From positions 16,515,681 to 16,558,834 of the forward strand of contig NC_069008.1 of the NCBI RefSeq assembly GCF_001194135.2: a stretch of 43,154 nucleotides of DNA, written 5' to 3'. Of this stretch, positions 35,809 to 43,154 are shown one piece after another. Source of the stretch: Octopus bimaculoides. Its lineage: Eukaryota. The stretch's first letter is position 1; each line of letters begins with the position of its first letter. The position numbers and the translations under genes were made by a program. Under the pieces are notes generated by a model, which made no database searches, was not told the origin of the DNA, and saw only the letters and a list, made by a program, of their open reading frames with translations.

Positions 35809-36041
35809 GCAAATAGATTGCCATATCCGTGTATGTTGTAAGGGAATGCTAAAAGGGCTATAAACAGAGAAAGTGGCCAGAAAATAGTGCCTCACAGAAA
35901 TAAACATGTTAAGTATAATTTACGTCAAAAATTCATGGATTACTGTAAAATCCACAGAACTAACCCATGATTTATTAGAGGAAATGACAAAAAAAAATGC
36001 TGATGGTAGTTGTGAGATGTAATGAATTTTAGCAATGATAG

Positions 36042-36821
36042 TCACACCTTTATGTGGATAGACACATGTTTAGTTAAGGTACTGTTTTCAGAGAATGATT
36101 TACCACAGACATGACAATGATATGGCTTCTCTCCTGTATGAATACGCTTGTGTGAAGTTACATGGTTACTCCGAGAGAATGTTTTACCACAGATATCACA
36201 GTGATATGGCTTTTCTCCTGTATGAATACGTTTGTGACCAGTTAAATTGCTATTTCGAGAGAATGATTTACCACAGATATCACAGTGAAATGGCTTTTCT
36301 CCTGTATGAATACGTTTGTGTGTTGTTAAGTGCATTGCAACAGAAAATGATTTGCCACATGTATCACAGCGAAATGTATTCTCTCCAGTGTGAATACGTT
36401 TGTGTACGGTTAAATAACTATGTCGAGAGAATGATTTATTACAGATATCACAGTGATATGGTTTCACCCCAGTATGAATCAGTTTGTGAGTTGTTAAGTG
36501 ACTAATTTGAGAGAATGATCTACCACAGATGTCACAGGGAAATGGTTTCTCTCCTGTATGAATACGTACATGATCAGTTAATCTGCAACTTCGAGAGAAT
36601 GATTGTCCACAGACATCACAGTGAAATGGCCTCTCTCCTGTATGAATACGTTTGTGATTAATGAAGATATTATTGTAAGAGAATGATTTGCCACAGATGT
36701 CACAATGATATGGCTTCTTCCCTGTATGGATACGTCTGTGAGTATTTAGATTACGTTTCTCAGTGAAAGACTTTTTACAGATATCACATTGAAAAGCTGA
36801 TTGTGGTTTCTCTTGTGACAT
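36042..36821 (-). CDS. C2H2 zinc-finger protein G (259 aa, 9 fingers)
   Basis: Intact ORF ending ...KHVSIHIKV. Confidence 0.92.
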   Translation of the reverse strand: MSQEKPQSAFQCDICKKSFTEKRNLNTHRRIHTGKKPYHCDICGKSFSYNNIFINHKRIHTGERPFHCDVCGQSFSRSCRLTDHVRIHTGEKPFPCDICGRSFSQISHLTTHKLIHTGVKPYHCDICNKSFSRHSYLTVHKRIHTGENTFRCDTCGKSFSVAMHLTTHKRIHTGEKPFHCDICGKSFSRNSNLTGHKRIHTGEKPYHCDICGKTFSRSNHVTSHKRIHTGEKPYHCHVCGKSFSENSTLTKHVSIHIKV

Positions 36822-37471
36822 CTCTTCAGAATAAAAATATATTCTTCAACTAACTTAAATAGTCCGTTTGTCCATTATCCTTTTTCAATCAATACAACAT
36901 ATATGGATACAGTTTTTGTTTTTCTCCTACAACTTATTCCAAACAAATACTGCTACAGCTTCCTTTCCATCAAATACAATCCTTTTTGATATCTGAAAAT
37001 ACTCTGAGATTCCTTTTAAAATTATCCAAGTTCAACTTCAGTACAAAATAATCTTGTCAACATTCCAAACATTTCACAAGAGAAATGTTGCTATCAATCT
37101 CAGTTGAGAAGAAATATTTCACTGGAATTCTCTGGAGTTATTAAATCTGTTTTGTGCAATATTTTCTTTCAGTCTTTAAAAGGTGGTGAATATTGATGAT
37201 GTTATCTGATGGAAACAATGCTTTGGTGCCAATGTCATGTGATATTCTGAAATAAAAGAGAGAAACAACAGTCTAAGATATAGAGGAGATTTTGACAGCA
37301 AAGATAAAAAAGTGGGTCACAACTAACACCAATACAACTATGTTGGATTTGGAAACTAATATAATTTTAGAGACTGTACTTCTTGAAACATCTCTATGTA
37401 TATGTATACATACATATATATANNNNNNNNNNNNNNNNNNNNNNNNNNNNNNNNNNNNNNNNNNNNNNNNN

Positions 37472-37938
37472 ATCATCATCATCATCATCGTTTAACGTCC
37501 ACTTTCCATGCTAGCATGGGTTGGACGATTTGACTGAGGACTGGTGAAACTGGATGGCTACACCAGGCTCCAATCTGATTTGGCAGAGTTTCTACAGCTG
37601 GATGCCCTTCCTAACGCCAACCACTCAGAGAGTCTACCAAACGTTGACCCAACTGAGGGACCAACTACACAAATAGACAGTAGTATGGTAGATAAAGCAA
37701 TCAAGACGGAGAAAGCCGCCAGCCCATCAGGAATCACCACTGAGATGCTTAAAATATCTGTCGGCGTAGGTTATGGTCTAGTCACCCAAAATGTAAATCA
37801 GGTGGTTCATGAAGGGGTCATAACCAATGACTAGTGTAGCAGCACCATAGTCAGCTGCTACAAAGGTAAAGGTGATGCCTTAGATAGAAATAATTACAGA
37901 GGTATCAAATTGTTGGATCAGGTGTTGAAAGTTACAGG
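37472..37938. mobile_element. RTE insertion with 5' inversion in the ZNF-G intron
   Basis: 3' end on - (37472-37632) is joined to an RT N-terminal fragment on + (AIKTEKAASPSGITTEML...YKGKGDALDRNNYRGIKLL). Confidence 0.75.
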
Positions 37939-38350
37939 TCATATCCTAACAAACACAAGTCGGTTTGTTCCTGAAGATAAGACAAAACACCTTCAGTCGT
38001 CATATCTTCTGGGTCTTCATACAACAGTGGAATTAAGTTTTAAAAAAATTCGGAAAGTGTTGAACACAAAAAAAATTTGAGAATGGGCACGACAATATTG
38101 AAAACCATTTGTCTTTTTTGTTGAACAACTTGTGAATAATAATAATAATAGAATTTTTTAAAAAAACGTTCGCGGTACACATTTAACAAGGAAAGTAAGT
38201 GGCTTGTTACATCAAATAGAAAGTATATTACGAGTTTCCTAAATGAAAACCTCTTAATGTTACTAGTCAGATATCAACAGGAATTCTAGCCTCTGCCACA
38301 CTTTACCGGTAGATCTGCTGCTACTGCTGCTGTTTATATCCAATACACCA

Positions 38351-38681
38351 AAAATTTTGGTAAATTTTCATATTAACACCCGCCCGATTTTCACTAAGGT
38401 TATAGCAGAGACTCCAGCTAAGAAGATCGGAAGAAGGAATTGTAATTCCGAAATATCATCGGACTAGAGATAACCAAATTACAACAGGTATATAGTCCAT
38501 TTTTTTGTTTTATAGTGCATTGTTGTACCATTCTAAACTTTTATTCGTTAAGGTTAGGGTTTTAGAGTTAGTTTTAGGATTTAGAGTTAGGGACGGAATT
38601 TCCTAACCCTAACCGTAACCCTAGCCCTAACACCCTAGTGAAAATCGTGCGGGTGTTAATCTGAAAATTTACCAAAATTTT
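38351..38681. mobile_element. MITE with 46-bp TIRs containing telomere-like repeats
   Basis: aaaattttggtaaattttcatattaacacccgc / gcgggtgttaatctgaaaatttaccaaaatttt; TTAGGG-like then CCCTAA-like runs at 38548-38636. Confidence 0.75.
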
Positions 38682-39181
38682 AATGTCTCGATATGCATAT
38701 GATTTACACAGCGCTTAAAACTGGCTTTTTTTTCTAAAGTAAACAGAAGGATAACATAAATCAAGAAGAGAGAAAGAAATAAGAAAAACCCAACTGCTAG
38801 AAAAACAACAAAACGGATCGAGAGATGATGGATGCATTTGTAGCACTATGTTAACAGATCAATTCTACTTTAGGACGGTACAGGCGAAGATACCCAGTAA
38901 ATAAAATAATTTGTCCCGCTTTTATGCCATTTAGTAGTTTCATAAATAACAATGGATTGTTTCTTTGTGAATATAACAAATTAACATTTCAGTTTGGACG
39001 CGTTTTTTTTTTTCCTGCAGGTAAAATTACGACTTTTGCAGGAGTAAATATCTTTGTTCCAATGTATTTTCAATTGTTTAGAATTACTTGTATCGTTGAC
39101 GGGTTCACATAATGACAATTCTATTATCTACACACATTATTACAGATTTATTATTATTATTATTCACGTAAATCTTTGTCA

Positions 39182-39310
39182 ACGTACCGTTCGTTACATG
39201 GAATCAGTCAGTGTCCGACTAGCAATTATATGGAACTCGTTAAATGCTGTACATGGTATGCAGTTGTTTCCCCTTTATTTTATGTGTTTCCTCAATTCTC
39301 CGGGAGAGGG
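39182..39310 (-). promoter_or_regulatory. ZNF-G putative promoter and exon 1; donor G|GTACGT at 39187
   Basis: Conserved block; acceptor ends at 37247. Confidence 0.6.
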
Positions 39311-39704
39311 ACAAACAGAGTTGCTAATTAAAATTTGATAAAAGTACTAATTAAAAGTGAAGAGTATGATATTTAAAAACAGCAACTAAAAAAAAAACAA
39401 AAAAAAAACGCATAAATTGGTGTAAATTTCAAAGGATTTATTTCAAAAATTTCAGTTCAAACTAATGCAATTCTTTTTATTGTTACTCCACAATATTCTG
39501 GAAGGTTTCGGAATAGCTCTGTCAAAACATTTAAGATTCATTCATTTTTATTGTTTACAGATATGAAAGAAATTGTTGTACACATTTCTCAGGTGCATTA
39601 CAACTAAAAAACAAAAAAAGCCATCAGGTGTACTGTTGGCGAATTTCAAGAAACATGGAAGTTTTGAAGACTGCAGTGTCTTGATAAATGCTTTCCCACA
39701 AATG

Positions 39705-40751
39705 TCACAGCAATAAAGTTTTTTCTCCAGTGTGTTTTTTCTTGTGACTTATCAATGAACGCCTATACACAAAATTTTTCCCACATGTTTCACAATGGAA
39801 TGGTTTCTCTCCAGTGTGTATTCTCATGTGTCTGGTAACAGCACCATTGCTGACAAACGACTTCCCGCATATCTCACAATGATATGGTTTCTCCCCAGTG
39901 TGACTTCGTTTGTGATTGATAAGACGTGAATTATAAATGAAAGCTTTCCCACAAATTTCACAGTGAAACAGTTTTTCTCCAGTGTGTGTCCTTCTATGGC
40001 CATTTAAAGAACTGTTGGTAATAAAAGACTTTTCACATATCTCACAGCGATAAGGTTTCTCTCCAGTGTGGATTCTAACATGTGCAGTTAACACACCGTT
40101 AGACACAAAAGACCTCAGACATACTTCACATTTATACAACTTTTCTCCTGTGTGACTTCGTCTATGAACCACAAGAAGTGATTTATTAATGAATGGTTTA
40201 CCACAAATCTGACAACAATAGGGCTTTTCTCCAGTGTGGGTACGGTTATGTCTTGTTAAGTCACTGTTGGAAAGAAAAGATTTCCCACATGTCTCACAGT
40301 GATAAGGTTTTTCTCCAGTGTGGATTCTATGGTGTGCTGTTAAATTACTCTTAGAGACAAAATGCTTTCCACACAATTCACACTGGAAGGGTTTGTCTCC
40401 TGTGTGTATGCTTTTGTGTATTTTTAACTGACCCCTACAGAGAAAGGACTTCCCACATATTTCACAATGATGGGGTCTTACTCCACTGTGGATCCTTTTA
40501 TGTGTTCTTAATTTTCTTTTGCTAACAAAATATTTTCCACATATTTCACAATGAAATGGTTTCTCTTTTCTGTGTATTTCTTTGTGTTTGAAGACTTTAC
40601 GTTCTGAAGAGAAGGTCTTATTACAAATCTCACAGGGATATTCAAGAGCATTTTTCTCTTTGGCTTTTTCATCTCGGTCCGTCTCTTTAATTGTACCTAT
40701 ATTATTAAAAGCATTTGTGTTACAAGTGTCCAAGTGATCAACGTTGTCCAT
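39705..40751 (-). CDS. C2H2 zinc-finger protein H (348 aa, 11 fingers), diverged subfamily
   Basis: CE(I/T)CGK fingers, cacactggagag linker codons, about 38-aa charged N-terminus; lacks the A-G leader. Confidence 0.9.
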   Translation of the reverse strand: MDNVDHLDTCNTNAFNNIGTIKETDRDEKAKEKNALEYPCEICNKTFSSERKVFKHKEIHRKEKPFHCEICGKYFVSKRKLRTHKRIHSGVRPHHCEICGKSFLCRGQLKIHKSIHTGDKPFQCELCGKHFVSKSNLTAHHRIHTGEKPYHCETCGKSFLSNSDLTRHNRTHTGEKPYCCQICGKPFINKSLLVVHRRSHTGEKLYKCEVCLRSFVSNGVLTAHVRIHTGEKPYRCEICEKSFITNSSLNGHRRTHTGEKLFHCEICGKAFIYNSRLINHKRSHTGEKPYHCEICGKSFVSNGAVTRHMRIHTGEKPFHCETCGKNFVYRRSLISHKKKHTGEKTLLL

Positions 40752-41448
40752 ATTAATTCTTGAGGAATTCTTAAAAGACGTAATCTATTATGGTTCAGTT
40801 TCTTGTCTTAGATATTACAGACTTCTGTTTACATCTCTAGAAGAATATGCAAAGCCGATATATTTTCTACTGACCAGTAGAAAGTCTGCAGTTGACTGGG
40901 TCCTCTCCAAGTGGGACACATATTGTTGTAGATTTATATTTCTACATTCAAATATGCAGGTGCGTTTAATGGATGTTTTTTCTGGTGAAAACAATAAAGA
41001 ACATCCATGATGACTGTTTGTAGATGTCTTGAGGTTCTTATTACAGCTGGCTGTAGAATATTTGGCACAACTCCTGGAGCAAGAAAAGATATGATGGTGT
41101 CAGACATAAATACACAAATGCACATAAATACACATCTATACACTGGTCTTGGTTCCTGCTGAAATTACAGCCTCTCTATCTACCACTCAAAGTGTACTTC
41201 AACATAAATCTAGTAAGCGATGGGTTAAAACGATCTAAATTGTATGTTCCAAACAACAGCTTAAACATGACAAAATTATTTTAGTAAGCTCTTTATTATT
41301 TTTCGAATTAATTGAAGCAAAGAGCAGTGTATTTCGATATAAATGTAGTAAGTGATGGGTTAAAACAATCTAAATTATAACCTTCCATCATAAATTCCTG
41401 TTTGTGACTTCAAATTAACAATGACGATGTTATTTTACTAAATTCTTG

Positions 41449-41724
41449 ATTGTTGTTGGCACTCCGTCGCTTACGACGTCGAGGGTTCCAGTCGATCCGA
41501 TCAACGGAACAGCCGGCTTGTGAAATTAACGTGCAAGTGGCTGAGCACTCCACAGACATGTGTACCCTTAACGTAGTTCTCGGGGATATTCAGCGTGACA
41601 AGGCTGACCCTTTGAATTACAGGCACAACAGAAACACGAAGAAAGAGTGAGAGAAAGTCGTGGTGAAAGAGTAGAGCAGGGTTCGCCACCATCCCCTGCC
41701 GGAGCCTTGTGGAGCTTTTAGGTG
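41449..41724 (-). mobile_element. tRNA-SINE, 5'-truncated
   Basis: Near-identical to 22685-22940. Confidence 0.85.
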
Positions 41725-42907
41725 TGTATCTCCTCACTGTTACTAAATAATAATCGAAAGTTTTCTCGTTATTCTAAGTTAGGAAGTCACCAAAGCTAGT
41801 TGCCCAAGTAACATTAACACTGTTAAATATTCTAATATTCCTTGTTTAAGAAAACAATCAAGCGGGAAATATCGTTATAATATTTGTGTTTGATGTATTA
41901 AACATACTTACCAGATGATAGGATTACATTTGGTGTTTAATTAAAGAGGTTTCGATGGGACAACAGAGTTAGATGTTATCTCAACCAACTATTTCTATAT
42001 ATATATATTAATATAATTTGTCGATGGTATGATTAAATTGTAATGAAGTAAATACAATTTAATAAAATATATAACATTTTATAATTAATATTAACAAGTT
42101 GTTGTCAAATAATGCCAACAAAGCCAAACGGAGTGGGGGGGGTGACATACAGAGTTAGTATTACTAGTTTCGTACTCATAATTTTATAAAACGCAAAAAG
42201 TTAGTACAATTTAATGTAATATCTTTTAAACTGATTAGTAATTATGTACTTCGGAATATTTAATTTTGTTCTTGTGCTTTGGAGTGTTTAATCATGCATT
42301 TTGAAAGGGTTTGAACTTTAAAATGTGCTTATGAACTTAAAAAAAAAAAAAATTGGCATAAATCAGTTTATTGATGTTTTCTTGCGACTTTTTTGGTTTG
42401 TTACTCTGGTTTCTAGTAGCATAAACCTTTTTATAGTCAATAAATGAAAAAAAAAATGAGAGAGAGAAAGGGAAAAAGAAATCCCATATGAATTCAAAAC
42501 CAAGAGCCTTACGGAATTTACTGAAGCAAGTAAAAACGCTGGAGGCATTACCACGGTCAGTGGCGAGGCTAAGACATTGGAACAGCTAAGCACCATTACG
42601 GGCATCCCTTGTCATCTCGGTAACGTGAGCCACCAACGATAAAAAGGACTTCGCCGTTAGCAGCCCAGACCCTCCAAACGTCACAAGCTGGAAGAGGTGG
42701 TTCATTGCCAAGTCCGTTCGGCTACAAAAGCAGTGGCCCTCCCATTTTGCGCAGCATCTAGTATGTGGAAGGGAAAAAAGGAGTCCCAGATGAGGCACCT
42801 ACCTCTTCCCAGGGACAAAGGGTAAGACCATATGTTCTCACCCTGGATAATCAAGCTGGCTCCAGAACTGAGAGGATATGAATACGTGCCGCAAAAAAAG
42901 GAATACA

Positions 42908-43154
42908 TTTTGTCTCCGCCTTAGCAAAGGCGGAACTATTGTTTTCAATCGTGTTTGTCCGTTGACAAGATATCTCAAGAACCGCTGGATGGGTTAGGAT
43001 GAAACTTTCAGGAATGTTTGGCCTCGGAAAACATTTTGCCTAGACGTTTCTTTATAATCGTAATTTGTGCCATTTGAACGGTATTTCTATAAAATTTCAT
43101 CAATATATATACCGATTTTTCCATTCCCTCAGAAACAACTAATCTTGTGCCAAC
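42908..43154. mobile_element. Probable non-autonomous DNA element (end of window)
   Basis: Short hairpin ctccgccttagcaaaggcggaa followed by gttttcaatcgtgtttgtccg...gatgaaacttt; superfamily not determinable. Confidence 0.35.

Noticed and set aside
42480-42900. GC-richer segment, possibly a LINE ORF1 relic
   Set aside because: No motif could be recognised with confidence in any frame

Overview
AT-rich eukaryotic scaffold DNA with six N-gaps. The SINE and RTE repeat families and the zinc-finger style point to an octopus (cephalopod) genome; this is inference, not a database result. The window holds a tandem cluster of eight C2H2 zinc-finger genes whose coding sequence lies in one exon, labelled here A-H, with orientation + + - - + + - -. 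A-G are close paralogues made almost entirely of 84-nt finger repeats, with no effector domain. H belongs to a diverged subfamily. Beyond the ORFs, A-G share a duplicated cassette: a decayed hAT-transposase C-terminus; a conserved promoter-like block ending in a conserved 5' splice donor (seen in B-G); an intron; a conserved acceptor; a 330-425 nt leader with a uORF; the finger array with conserved first and last fingers; and a conserved 3' UTR. A and D have decayed 3' tails, and D is joined to a mariner remnant at a microhomology. Intergenic DNA is a mosaic of tRNA-SINEs, RTE LINE pieces, MITEs (Tc1/mariner-like, piggyBac-like, foldback), Gypsy integrase and Helitron relics, and Penelope-type hammerhead-like motifs. 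All alignments and counts were made by eye.
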